A stretch of 64,000 nt of DNA from Mobula birostris (Eukaryota). Position numbers and translations under genes: made by a program. The DNA is taken from positions 4,593,079-4,657,078 of the forward strand of contig NC_092377.1 of the NCBI RefSeq assembly GCF_030028105.1, read 5' to 3'. The notes under the pieces are model-generated. The model ran no database searches and was not told the DNA's origin. It worked only from the letters and a program-made list of their open reading frames with translations. Shown here piece after piece: positions 47,701 through 56,819 of the stretch; the stretch's first letter is position 1; every line of letters begins with the position of its first letter.

Positions 47701-50700
47701 TCGTATCTTCTCTCCTCATCTCTCCCCGGCAAAAAGCCCGTGAAATCCCTCTCCCAGACACACAAGAAAGAACAACATCCTGCTCGTTGGCTAACATGTG
47801 CCATTGTTTCCAGTCATCACCTAAACATTGCTGCTGCAGAGAAACCATTACCTTAGCAGTGAAACATTACAGCGTAGCAGTGAAACCTTTTCCAAGGTGT
47901 TACAGAGAAGGAAAAGTGGAAGATCAGATTGTTATTTAAATGGTAAAAAAAAATAGTAGCATGCTGCTGTGCACGGGGACTTGGGAGTGCTCGTACATGA
48001 CTCACAAAACGTTGGTTTGCAGGTGCAGCCGGCTATCAAGAAAGCAAATGCAATGTTGGCCTTCATTGCGAGAGGGATTGAATTTAAGAGCAGGGAGGTT
48101 AAACTGGAAATGTACAAGGTACTGTTGGAGCCACACCAGGAGTTCTTGTCTCCTTACTTGAGGAAGGATATACTGGCTTTGGTGCTGCTGCAGAGGAGGT
48201 TCAACAAGTTGATTCCAGAGATGAGGGTGTTAGACTATGAGGAGAGATTTAGTCGTCTGGGAGTGTACATGCTGGAATTCAGAAGAATGAGCGGAGATCT
48301 TATAGAAACATACAACTTTATGAAAGGGCTAGATAAGATAAAGGCAGGAAAGTTGGTTCCACTGGTAGGTGAGACTAGAACTAGGGGAAAAGCTTCAAGA
48401 TTCAGGGGAGTAGATCTAGGACAGAAATGAGGAGGAACTGCTTTTCCCAGACAGTGGTGAATCTATGGAATTCTCTGCCCAATGAAACAGTAGAGGCTAC
48501 CTCAATAGATATATTTAAAACAAGGGTGGATAGATTTTTGTATAGTAGGGGGAATTAAGGGTTACAAGGCAAAGCAGGTAGGTGGAGATGAGTCCATGGT
48601 CATATCAACCATGATCTTATTGAATTGCAGAACAGGCTCGACAGGCCAGATAGCCTCCTCCTGCTCCTATTTCTTATGTTCTTATGAAACCTATCAAATA
48701 TTGAAAGGCCTCGCTAGAGTAGACGTGGAGACGATGCTTCCTCCCTAGACTTCCGAGGGAGCCTTGGACCAGAGGGCATAATCTCAGGATAGGAGGATGT
48801 CTCTTTAGAACAGACGTGAGGAGGAATTTCTTAAGTCTGAGGTGATGAATTTGGAGAATTTATTGCCACAGACCTTCGTGGAGGACAAGTCATTGGGTGT
48901 ATTTAATACAGAGCTGTGAAGATTTTGATCAGTAAAGGTATTAAAGATTATGGGGAGAAGGCAGGAGAACGGGGTTGAGAGGGATAATAAATCAGCCATG
49001 ATGGAATGTGAAGTAGACCTGATGAGTTGAATAGCCTAATTCTGCTCCTCTGTCTTATGGTTTACACTTTTATAAGGCTTGATGCAGCCTGAATAACACA
49101 AAAGCAATCAACTCTGAGTCACGTGTGAGTCTTGCTTGCCATGCCCCTGTGGAGGCTCTGATGGGAAATGCTTCACATGGCATGTTCTGCAGTTTGCTGT
49201 CCCTGTCTGAATGCACCTGCTAAGGGTGAATTGAAGACCATTCATCACAATGTGATTTCAGTTCAATTATCATTCTTGTGTTGCAACTCTCAAACAAATT
49301 CTCATTTTATTTCAGCTGAAACCGAGGTGAATACACAGGCAGCCACAAATGTTACTGCGGTAAGTAACCTTCTTCAATATAACATTGAGGAATGTTTTCC
49401 ATGAACACTTTTACTTCCTAATAAATCAGGTATTGAAAGTCTGTTAGATAAACACCATTACTTCCTCTTTGACATTTAATTCAGACACTAATATGAATTA
49501 GCAGTAGGAACAGGCCCTTCCACCCCACTGTTATAAGACTATTTCTACTCTCCTATACTCACCTCTACTTTCTGAGGAGGCTGAAGAGAGCTGGACTTTG
49601 CACATCCATACTCACATCATTCTACAGATGTACAGTAGGGGCCATCCTAACAAACTGCATCACTGCGCGGTACAGAAACTGCACTGCTGCAGACAGGAAC
49701 AATCTACAACAGGCAGTCCAAACTATCCAACACATCGCCAGCACCAGCTACCCTCCATCAAGGACATAGATACAGAAAGGTGCTGGAACAGGGCCAGTAA
49801 CATCATGAAGGATCCCACCCACCCTGCTCGTGGACTGTCAGGGAGGAGGCTATGTAGCATCCACACCAGGACCTCCAGATCCAAAAACAGATACTTTCCC
49901 CAAGCAGAAAGACTGATCAACACCTCCACCCACTAACCCACCCCTGCACACCCCCAACCACCACTACTTTATCATTTCCTGTCAGTCACCTTATGTGCAG
50001 ACAGTCCTGTGCCTGACCTCACTTTATGGACATACAATCAATCTATGTATATAAGCTATTTATATAAGTATTTATATTTATTGTATATTTTTATTGGTGT
50101 GTTCTTTATCTTCTTGTGTTTTTGTGCTGCGTCAGATACAGAGTAACAATTATTTCGTTCTGCTTCACACTAGTGAAATGGAAAAGATATTGAACAATTT
50201 TGAATCTTGAAAGGATACCCTGTAGGATAGACTCTTAACCCACAATCTACCTCGTTAAGACCTTGTACCCTATTGTCTGCCTGCACTGCACTCTCTCTGT
50301 GACTGGCACACTTCATTCTGCACTCTGTTATTGGTTTATTTTGTCCTACTTCAGTGCACTGTGGTAATGATTTGATCTGTATGAACAGTGTTCAAGTTCT
50401 TCACTCTACCTCAGTACATGTGGCCAAGATAAACCAGTTTAACAATTTACCCTCAGACCTGCCCTGTTGTTTATTAAGGTCACAGTGGTTCAATTGTAAC
50501 TGCAACTCCATAATCCCATCTCCTCCAGTGACTTTTCTTCCCTTTGCTTATCAGGAATCCATCTCTTTCTCTTTTAAAGACTGAAAGGCTCTTCTTCCAG
50601 TGTCCTATCAGGAAGAGAGATCCAAAAACTCAACCATCAGAGAGAGAAAATAAAATCACCTCTCTCCAAATAAAATGGACGACTCTTATTTTTAACCAGT

Positions 50701-53700
50701 GATGCTAATTCTGGATACCCTTTCAAAGCTAAAGTAAATTTATTATCCAAGTCCCCAAAACAATCCCGAGATTCATTTTCTTGCAGGCATTCACAGTAAA
50801 TACAAAGAAACACTGTGGAATCAGTGACAAACCGTTCACAAGCTGGACAAACAACCAAAGTGTAAAAGACAACAAACAGTGGAAATACAAAAAGAGAGGG
50901 ATAAAAATAAAATAATAATAATAATAATAATAAGTAAGCAAGAAATATTCAGAACATAAGTTGGAGAGTCCTTGAATTTGAGTCTCTATGTTGTGGGATC
51001 AGTTCAGTGAGATTTTGAGTCATGTTCAAAGGAACATCTTGCCTGTCAAAATCCTTCTCTCTTCAAAACAGAAGCTCACCTGGTGAGTCCCACCTTTCCT
51101 GGTGAGACAGCATGCCCGTTCCCAGTTTTATCCTGGTTAACCTTTCCTGGACTATTCCCATCCTTCTGTAAACAGAGACCAGGTTTGAACACTGAACTCG
51201 GCACGGTAGTGTAGTGGTTAGCAAAACGTTTTACAGTACGTGCGACTTGGGTTCAATTCCCACCGCTGTGGGAGTTTGAATGCTCTCCCCATGACCTTGT
51301 GGGTTTCCCCAGGTGCTCTGGTTTCCTCCCACAGTCCAAAGATGTACCGGTTAATAGGTTAATTGGTCATTGTAAATTGTCCTGTGATTGGGCTGGAGTT
51401 AAATAGGTGGTTGCTGAGTGTCACGGTCGAGGGGCCTATTCTGTGCCGTATTGCAATTTTGTAAAAAACTCCACGTGTAAATTGTTCTGAGACAAACTAT
51501 TCTGAGGTATAACCTTGCAGGGAAACATTCAGCAAATGTCATTCAGATTTATTTATCAATGTACATCAAAACATACATTAACAACCAACACACCCAAGGA
51601 TGTGCTGCGACAGCTTGCAAGTGTCGCCACGTATTTGGCGCCAACACAACCAGCCCACAACGTTCAACAGAACTCAGTTCAAGTTCATGGTCATCTGACT
51701 GTACACGGATACAACCAAATGAAACAATGTTCCTTCGAACATACGTGTATCACAGCACATAAAACCAAATATTACCATCAATACGTTAATAAAATATCAT
51801 TCAATATGCATGTAGAGCACAGCACAGGTAAACAGTAAACAGTACACTGTCCTGGTGATGAGACCTCAGTGGTGACAGGGTATTCATTAGTCTCACAGCC
51901 TGAGGGAAGAAGCTGTTACCCAGTCTGACAGTCCCAGTCCTGATGCTCCTGTCCCTTCTTCCTGACCGTAGTGGGTCAAAGAGATTGCGGGATGGGTGGT
52001 GGGGACCCTCAACAATGCTTCAAGCTCTTCATCTGCAACACTCCCAGGAAATGTCACAAATAAGGGGGAGGGAGACTCCGATGATCCTCTTGGCAGTTTT
52101 CACTATAGTCTGCAGGGCCTTGCGGTATGATGCCTTGCAGCTTCCGTACTACACGGTGATGCAGTCAGACAGGACACTGAATGACACAATAGCAACAAGA
52201 CAACAGCAAAACAAGCTCCTTTTCCACCCTCTCATCCCCTTACATACCCATGCTAACAACCCCAGGATAGGCCACCTCTGTGCCTCCAGTATTGGCTCCA
52301 GAATCTCATGCTGACAACCCCAGGAAAAGCAGCCTCCAGTCCCTTGGTCCCGGACTCTCAATTTCCCGTCTCTGGGCCATATGCACAGACTCGACCTTTG
52401 GTCCTCTACCTCAGTAGTCATTGACTTCGGTCTTCACCTTTTGGGCTTTCTACTTCTGAACTTGAACCACTGGGGATAAATTCACTTGCCCCATCACTGA
52501 ACTGTTCCCACAAGCTATGGGCTCACTTTCGAGGACTCTTCACCTCAAGGTCTAATCTGCAGCTTGGTTCTTGTCCCTCCTGTGGGGTGAGGTCTTTCAT
52601 TGACTCTGTTTTGTTTCCTTGTATTTTCTGTGAATGCCCACAAAAGAATGAATCTCAGGGTTGTATATGGTGACATATATGTTCTACAGCATGTTGCCGT
52701 TGTTGAGTGCTGTCATCAACGACTCATGGTAACCCTAAGGATAGTGTACTTGTCCATAGAGTTTTCGTGGCAAGATAGGGAAGTAGATTTCCAGGCCTTT
52801 CTTCTTCACAGATATGCTGCTGCCCAGGTTGGGACCTGGCTTTAAATGAGATGTGAGCATTTAGCACACTTAGAAATCTGGCTAATAGCTATAAATCTCT
52901 GCCTGAGATAGTTTTGGAGTCAGATACAATACGTTTTAGAGACATTTAAACAGGCACTCAAATATATAAGGCAGAGAGAGATATGGAACAGACGGGGACC
53001 AATTGAATTCAGTCGATCGGGAAAAGATCAGCATGGCCGTATTTCCCTGCTGTATGACTCGACGACTGCACGAGATGAAAGGGAGGTGTCGGATTCCAAT
53101 GTTTTAACCCAAAGTTCCTTTGGAAGCCAGGAAATAGGCCCAAAACCTGTTGCTTCGAGATTGCTTTATTAAGCCCTTATAGAACAAAGAGACCTGGAAA
53201 TGTAGAATTGCATAGTAATCTGCCCATCACCTACACCTTCTCCCTCTGGTTCCCCAGCCTTTATTCTGCCCATCACCTACACCTTCTCCCTCTGGTTCCC
53301 CAGCCTTTATTCACAGTCTACTATCCTTTCCTATCAGATTCCTTCTTCTTCAGTCTCTTGCTCCTTCCACCTATCACTTCCCAGCTTCTCACATCATCCC
53401 TTAACCCCCACCTCCACCTCTCTCACCCTCCCCTCTAACCTGGACTCACCTGTCACCTGCCATCTTGTGTTCCTCCATCTCCCTTCTACCCTTTTTATTC
53501 TGGCTTCTGCCCTCTTCCTTCCCAGCCCCGATGAAGAGTTCATGAGCTAAAACATTGGCTGTTTATTCCTCTCCATAGATGCTGCCTGAACTAATGAATT
53601 CCTCCAGGATTGTGTGTGTGTCGCTTCAAACTAATCGCATCGTCAGTATCTCTGGTGTCTAAGATCCCTGAGGTTACAACAGAAACTGTGTGTTTAGTAG

Positions 53701-53910
53701 CCAAATGTAGCAATGTCCTGTGGGGATGGGTCAGATATAAACCAGGGGTGAGTGGTTTGTTTCAGTACTGTAAACGTCTGTGTTTTTCTGTTCCAGTCAG
53801 AGCAATCAGAGATATTTTATGCTGATATTCAGTTCCTACGGCAGAACGCAGCTCCAAGAGTCAAAGTCATTGAGGAAACAACCGAATATGCTGTCATCAA
53901 ACGTACCTAG
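5365..53910 (+). CDS. Spliced gene model (9 visible coding exons): type I membrane receptor with five germline-joined VJ Ig domains, TM and ITSM/ITIM/ITSM tail; leader exon not found in window
   Basis: Exons 5365-5727, 11503-11847, 14057-14404, 28295-28639, 35253-35600, 41350-41494, 43269-43312, 49316-49359, 53797-53910. Each has an AG acceptor and each non-terminal exon a GT donor. Phases chain 1-1,1-1,1-1,1-1,1-1,1-2,2-1,1-0,0-stop with no stop at any junction; 2096 nt in total. Joining all five V exons in one mRNA is inferred. Confidence 0.8.
6170..6930 (-). mobile_element. CR1 LINE 3' RT fragment
   Basis: ORF 6369..6992 has KANAMLAFISRG...RPHLEYC.QFW.P..RKD...LER.QRRFT. Confidence 0.85.
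8685..9188 (+). mobile_element. Penelope-like insertion with inverted 5' RT piece, GIY-YIG tail and pLTR; 16-bp TSD
   Basis: TSD aagagcaggg(a/g)tgaga at 8669-8684 and 9189-9204. 8760-8834 encodes EQHLIYCLGSLQPLGMNIEFSNFW*. The reverse complement of about 8685-8752 encodes TPSERTALHSLRTNPNLAIAK (PLE RT-upstream motif). Confidence 0.85.
9098..9135 (+). ncRNA. Minimal type I hammerhead ribozyme motif (G12 mutated)
   Basis: cagtc-CTGATGA-a-ggg-ttccgg-ccc-AAAA-c-GTC-gactg. Perfect stem I, CUGAUGA core, GUC cleavage triplet, palindromic ACGT stem III; GAAA reads AAAA. Confidence 0.65.
11503..11847 (+). CDS. Exon V2: V-set Ig domain with fused J segment
   Basis: Acceptor ttctcccttacag|GT, donor ACCA|gtgagt; 345 nt, phase 1-1. 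Encodes VLVQSP...WLCC...DVHWYRKLPGQ...DSAVYYCRVWGDIHGNGTQLIVT. Confidence 0.92.
12725..13110. mobile_element. Probable solo LTR (TG...CA, 386 bp, 4-bp TSD ctct), present only in unit A
   Basis: ctct|tgttgc...aaaatca|ctct; no counterpart at the homologous region near 29150 in unit B. Confidence 0.55.
14057..14404 (+). CDS. Exon V3: V-set Ig domain with fused J segment, heavily N-glycosylated
   Basis: Acceptor catatccaacacacag|AT, donor ACTG|gtaagt; 348 nt, phase 1-1. Encodes VLVQDP...VQLHC...DVHWYHQRPG...DTAVYNCRVWSYIYGGGTQLNVT. Confidence 0.92.
16840..18665 (+). mobile_element. CR1 LINE (EN remnant, RT, 3' tail) inserted into the ERV integrase
   Basis: ORFs 17180..17506 and 18019..18507 carry CR1 RT motifs; ERV IN sequence resumes on both sides. 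Confidence 0.85.
20333..20638 (-). mobile_element. Young CR1 3' fragment inserted into the ERV RT, 10-bp TSD
   Basis: TSD tgtgattcat at 20323-20332 and 20639-20648; nearly identical to the CR1 3' end at about 55520-55820. Confidence 0.88.
21339..22007 (-). mobile_element. Non-autonomous hAT-like DNA transposon, 13-bp TIR, 6-bp TSD
   Basis: TIR cagacatcccacc / ggtgggatgtctg; TSD cttttg at 21333-21338 and 22008-22013. Internal KRKY...YPCL...HCTVCNSDFS zinc-finger-like remnant; interrupts ERV gag. Confidence 0.72.
22616..22637 (-). promoter_or_regulatory. Primer binding site complementary to the tRNA-Asn(GUU) 3' end
   Basis: Minus strand TGACATCCCTGGGTGGGTTCGA vs expected TGGCGTCCCTGGGTGGGCTCGA (19/22), 4 nt from the LTR end. 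The reference tRNA sequence is from memory. Confidence 0.7.
23475..23512 (+). ncRNA. Minimal hammerhead ribozyme motif in a short Penelope pLTR fragment (about 23434-23570)
   Basis: tagtc-CTGACGA-a-ggg-tcttgg-cct-GAAA-c-ATC-gactg. CUGANGA and GAAA intact; stem III G>A. Confidence 0.6.
23800..24890 (+). mobile_element. CR1 LINE RT fragment
   Basis: WKIANLTPV.QKGG...NYRPVSLTSVVGK, DDAKIGG and KANA.LAFI motifs, with frameshifts. Confidence 0.85.
24890..25977 (-). mobile_element. Rex1/Babar-type LINE 3' part with (CATAGT)n tail
   Basis: GAPQGTVLSPFLFTIY.SD...QKFSDDSAIVG (25675..26031) and FYESVVASAI...WG...HPLH...SFLPVAIKLYNS (25057..25428); microsatellite at about 24890-24922. Confidence 0.75.
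28295..28639 (+). CDS. Exon V4: paralog of V2
   Basis: Same acceptor and donor context as V2; 345 nt, open. 24 nt and 15 aa differences from V2 (counted by hand). Ends DSADYYCRVWGDIDGNGTQLIVT. Confidence 0.9.
29544..34521 (-). mobile_element. Gmr1-type Ty3/Gypsy LTR retrotransposon (gag-PR-IN-RT-RH order), degenerate
   Basis: LTRs at 29544-30271 and about 33811-34521; TSD ggtg; PPT aaaggagggagg; tRNA-Pro PBS at 33788-33805 (16/18). Gag with CYFCKKPGHVASNC. The IN zinc finger (31566-31790) lies upstream of RT (LPFGMKNAP..YIDD, 30830-31294) and RNase H (30401-30628). Confidence 0.88.
35253..35600 (+). CDS. Exon V5: paralog of V3
   Basis: Same splice context as V3; 348 nt, open. 6 nt and 4 aa differences from V3. 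Ends DTAVYNCSVWSYIYGGGTQLNVT. Confidence 0.9.
35976..38405 (-). mobile_element. Internally deleted Ty3/Gypsy element (gag plus protease only)
   Basis: 194-bp LTRs at 35976-36169 and 38212-38405; 5-bp TSD atgtg; PBS tggtgtcagaag (tRNA-Leu-like) at 38200-38211; PPT at 36170-36182. Gag YERYNF..DRIVCGI, CCHC knuckle, protease FKLDTGAQVN. Confidence 0.9.
37117..37350 (+). mobile_element. tRNA-derived CORE-type SINE inserted in the Gypsy element
   Basis: A-box-like tggccaagtggttaagg; CORE-like tgtgcccttgagaaaggcacttaac; 11-bp TSD ctact(t/c)ctgca. Confidence 0.7.
38500..40540. mobile_element. Cluster of CR1 fragments (mainly minus) with a Penelope pLTR fragment at about 39520-39650
   Basis: ORFs 38535..39474 and 39640..40260 carry CR1 motifs; degenerate hammerhead motif on the minus strand at 39612-39647. 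Confidence 0.75.
40560..41140 (+). mobile_element. L2 LINE 3' fragment
   Basis: About 40708-40815 reads ILATQHWLPVSTRNDFKVLLLVFNALNGLRPEYLTE, the L2 C-terminal HWLP motif. Confidence 0.7.
41350..41494 (+). CDS. Transmembrane exon
   Basis: Acceptor tgtgttatttttcag|AA, donor AGG|gtaaat; phase 1-2. Reads (E)ADYGWSWK-VLASILAGILVLVLLFCILVTTICYV-KKQACFQQRLKPE(G): 26 uncharged, mostly hydrophobic residues (41376-41453) followed by a KK stop-transfer signal. Confidence 0.88.
43269..43312 (+). CDS. Cytoplasmic exon 1 with ITSM (TVYATV)
   Basis: Branch-like cactaac at 43240, acceptor tgtttacccag|G, donor CAG|gtaaaa; 44 nt, phase 2-1. Encodes CSTEYQETVYATVT. Confidence 0.82.
44130..46665 (+). mobile_element. 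Two adjacent degenerate CR1 LINE fragments
   Basis: PGPDGMRPRVLKEIA...NYWPVSLISVVGK (45578..45988) and GVPQG (46276..46539). Confidence 0.8.
46670..47300 (+). mobile_element. Ty3/Gypsy RNase H fragment
   Basis: SLSPSEKNYPTHKLEYLALKW...DNNPLTY...HRWLAALS..DFSLKY.PG..NIDADALS. Confidence 0.85.
47338..47904. mobile_element. Probable solo LTR (TGTAAC...GTTACA) flanked by a tRNA-Pro-like segment
   Basis: 6-bp inverted termini; adjacent 47303-47332 resembles the 3' half of tRNA-Pro (gagaggtcctggattcaaatccc). Confidence 0.5.
47905..49065 (+). mobile_element. CR1 LINE 3' fragments
   Basis: ORF 47969..48430 has KKANAMLAFIARG...; ttatgttctt-type tails. Confidence 0.8.
49316..49359 (+). CDS. Cytoplasmic exon 2 (spacer)
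   Basis: Acceptor ctcattttatttcag|CT, donor GCG|gtaagt; 44 nt, phase 1-0. Encodes (A)ETEVNTQAATNVTA and exactly bridges the phases of its neighbours. Confidence 0.75.
49570..50200 (+). mobile_element. Rex1/Babar-type LINE 3' end
   Basis: LPSIKDIDTERCWNRASNIMKDPTHP...RTSRSKNRYFPQAERLIN. Confidence 0.75.
51200..51455 (+). mobile_element. V-SINE (HE1-like) element
   Basis: tRNA-like head (tagtgtagtgg A box, gggttcaattccc B box) and V-domain core gggtttcc..ggtgctctggtttcctcccacagtccaaaga. Confidence 0.75.
53200..53620 (+). mobile_element. Penelope pLTR fragment with an internal 46-bp tandem duplication and a degenerate hammerhead motif (53523-53561)
   Basis: Pyrimidine-rich pLTR; 53220-53265 repeated at 53266-53311; cagcc-CCGATGA...AAAAc-ATT-ggctg. 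Confidence 0.65.
53797..53910 (+). CDS. Terminal cytoplasmic exon with ITIM (IFYADI) and ITSM (TEYAVI)
   Basis: Acceptor tgtttttctgttccag|TCA; phase 0. Encodes SEQSEIFYADIQFLRQNAAPRVKVIEETTEYAVIKRT-TAG; ITIM at 53812-53829, ITSM at 53881-53898. Confidence 0.86.
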   Translation, partial: SEQSEIFYADIQFLRQNAAPRVKVIEETTEYAVIKRT

Positions 53911-53940
53911 TGACTAAAAATAATTCTTCAGCAGCAGGTT

Positions 53941-53946
53941 ATTAAA
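53941..53946 (+). promoter_or_regulatory. Candidate polyadenylation signal ATTAAA (alternative AATAAA at 54436-54441)
   Basis: Hexamer 30 nt after the stop codon; positional evidence only. Confidence 0.3.
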
Positions 53947-54685
53947 TAAGTGTGTGCTTCTTGCTGGTAACTATCAGCACACGGGAGTCCAGAACATCAC
54001 ACCTTCTCAACTTCCGTCAACTACAACACGATTGTTAGGGCAATTAATTTGCTCAGGATTTTCAATTAAAGTTGGTCACTAATGAATTGGACACGGACTG
54101 TGAAGTGACTAGAGAATAACGCATTCAAGAATCAAGGAGGAGTGACTCACTAACGGTGTGATTGTCAAGTCTTTCAAAGAACAATAGTCACAGCCTTTTT
54201 TATATCTGCGCACAGAAAGTCAATTACATCAATCAAAGTTCAAAAAGTCACTCCTGTGCGTTTTATCCATTCCCACGAAAATGCCAAAGATGGTCTCTTG
54301 TCTGCCCACAACACATAGAGATAGGTTGTCAGAACATACTTCAAACTAAGATAGACTATTGCAAGCATGCTGAGAACCCTGGCCAAATGATGAGTCTTTA
54401 TTAGAACACTCAGTCCTCTTTTATTGTCATTTAGAAATAAATACATGCATTAAGAAATGATACAATGCTCCTCTGGAGAGATATCACAGAAAACAGGACA
54501 AAGCAAAGACTAACACTGACAGAACCACATAATTATGACATATAGTTACAGCAATGCAAAACAATACCATAATTTGATAAAGAACAGACCATGGGCATGG
54601 TAAAAAAGAAATCTCAAGTCCCAATCGACTCCCGAGTCCCCGATAGCAGGCAGCAAAATGGAGAAACTCCCTGCCATAAACCTCT

Positions 54686-55825
54686 TTAAAGCACACGGTA
54701 TTCGGGGTAAGGTATTGATGTGAATAGAGAATTGGTTGGCAGACAGGAAGCAAAGAGTGAGAATAAACGGAACCTTTTCAGAATGGCAGGCAGTGACGAG
54801 TGGGGTACTGCAAGGCTCAGTGCTGGGACCCCAGCTGTTTACAATATATATTAATGACTTAGACGAGGGAATTAAATGCAGCATCTCCAAGTTTGCAGAT
54901 GACACGAAGCTGGGCCGCAGTGTTAGCTGTGAGGAGGATGCTAAGTGGATGCAGGGTGACTTGGATAGGTTAGGTGAGAGGGCAAATTCATGGCAGATGC
55001 AATTTAATGTGGATAAATGTGAGGTTATCCACTTTGGTGGCAAGAACAGGAAAACATTATTATCTGAATGGTGGCCGATTAGAGAAAGGGGAGGTGCAAC
55101 GAGACCTGGGTGTCATTATACACCAGTCATTGAAAATGGGCATGCAGGTACAGCAGGCGGTGAAAAAGGCGAATGGTATGCTGACATTCATAGCAAGAGG
55201 ATTCGAGTACAGGAGCAGGGAGGTACTACTGCAGTTGTACAAGGCCTTGGTGAGACCAGACCTGGAGTATTGTGTGCAGTTTTGGTCCCCTAATCTGAGG
55301 AAAGACATTCTTGCCAAAGAGGGAGTACAAAGAAGATTCACCAGATTGATTCCTGGGATGGCAGGACTTTCAGATGATGAAAGACTGGAGTGCCTAGGTT
55401 TATACTCTCTGGAATTTAGAAGATTGAGGAGGGATCTGAGTGAAACGTATAAAATCCTAAAGAGATTGGGCAGGCTAGATGTAGGAAGATTGTTCCTGAT
55501 GTTGGGGAAGTCCAGAACGAGGGGTCACAGTTTGAGGATAAAGGGGAAGCCTTTTAGGACCGAGATGAGGAAAAACTTCTTCACACAGAGAGTGGTGAAT
55601 CTGTGGAATTCTCTGCCACAGGAAACAGTTGAGGCCAGTTCATTGGCTATATTTAAGAGGGAGTTAGATATGGCCCTTGTGGCTAAAGGGATCAGGGGGT
55701 ATGGAGGGAAGGCTGGTACAGGGTTCTGAGTTGGATGATCAGCCATGATCATACTGAATGGCGGTGCAGGCTCGAAGGGCCGAATGGCCTACTCCTGCAC
55801 CTATTTTCTATGTTTCTATGTTTTT
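54686..55825 (+). mobile_element. Young CR1 LINE 3' part (RT C-terminus and tail)
   Basis: ORFs 54736..55293 (GVLQGSVLGP..FADDTKL) and 54974..55729, joined by one frameshift; ttctatgt tail. Confidence 0.9.
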
Positions 55826-56819
55826 ATGTTTCCAAGGCACCGACAACTGCCGATGCCTTGGAAGCAGTCAACCACAGCCAACACGGAGTCCGTCCATCCG
55901 AAAAATTCGAGCCTCCGACCAGCCCCTCTGATACAGCCTCCCGAGCGCCATCCTCTGCCGACTGCCTTCAACTTATCCCCAGCCGCCAAAACGAGCAAAG
56001 CCAAGGATTTGGGGCCTTCTGCTCTGGAGATTCCAGTTACCACACAGTAGCAGCGACAGCAAAGCGGGTATTTCAGAAGTTTTCCAGATGTTCCTCCGTA
56101 CTCTCACATCTGTCTCCATCAAATCAGAATTGGGCACGGTCCCCTACTTGACAGATTACAGATATCATTCACCGGAGAGGCCGCGCCCGCTGCGTCACAC
56201 TGCCATCTTCTCCTCCCCTATTTATTTATGATATATTGAAAGATCATGAAATCCTTAGATCCAGTAAGTCATTAAAATACAAAAGTGTAATTTGTTTTGT
56301 GTGAGGGAAAACCAGGCACACTTTTTAATTGACAGAAAATTAACAGGCGACAGGGTCCTTCCTACAATCTGTGACCCTCCCTGTCTCCATCTTGTTTACT
56401 GTGCTGTGTTATGCACTTTGGCTAGCACTCTGCATATTGCCAATTAAAGGAAGGTGCAGGGGGTTAACAACTCAGACATTTTAACCCTTTATTCAGAATT
56501 TTCTTCCACAATTCTCCCACCCCGCCGTAGACCGGTGTCTGCAAAAGAGACCTCATAACCTGGGGGTAGCCGCCACATCTTTAAACAGTCTTCTTCACTG
56601 TATTCTGGGTCATACCTTTTGCCCTTAACTCGACGGTACATAGAAAAGAGGTGATTTGTTGAAAAGGGTTAGATTGCACAATTGAATTAGATAGCCAAAT
56701 CATATTATTATTATTATTATTATTATTATAGTGATAATAATTCCATAATGCACCAACTATCAAAGATGTTCCCCTGGGACCCACAGCCCTCAGAAGAATT
56801 ATTCTCTTATCTCTACAAT

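Noticed and set aside
49316-49359. Micro-exon as an extracellular stalk (contains an NVT sequon)
   Set aside because: It lies after the TM exon, and its 1-0 phase fits only between the two Tyr-motif exons, so it is cytoplasmic.
53610-53825. 71-aa ORF overlapping the last exon's acceptor
   Set aside because: Different frame from the ITIM/ITSM exon, starts in Penelope-derived sequence and has no recognisable motif.
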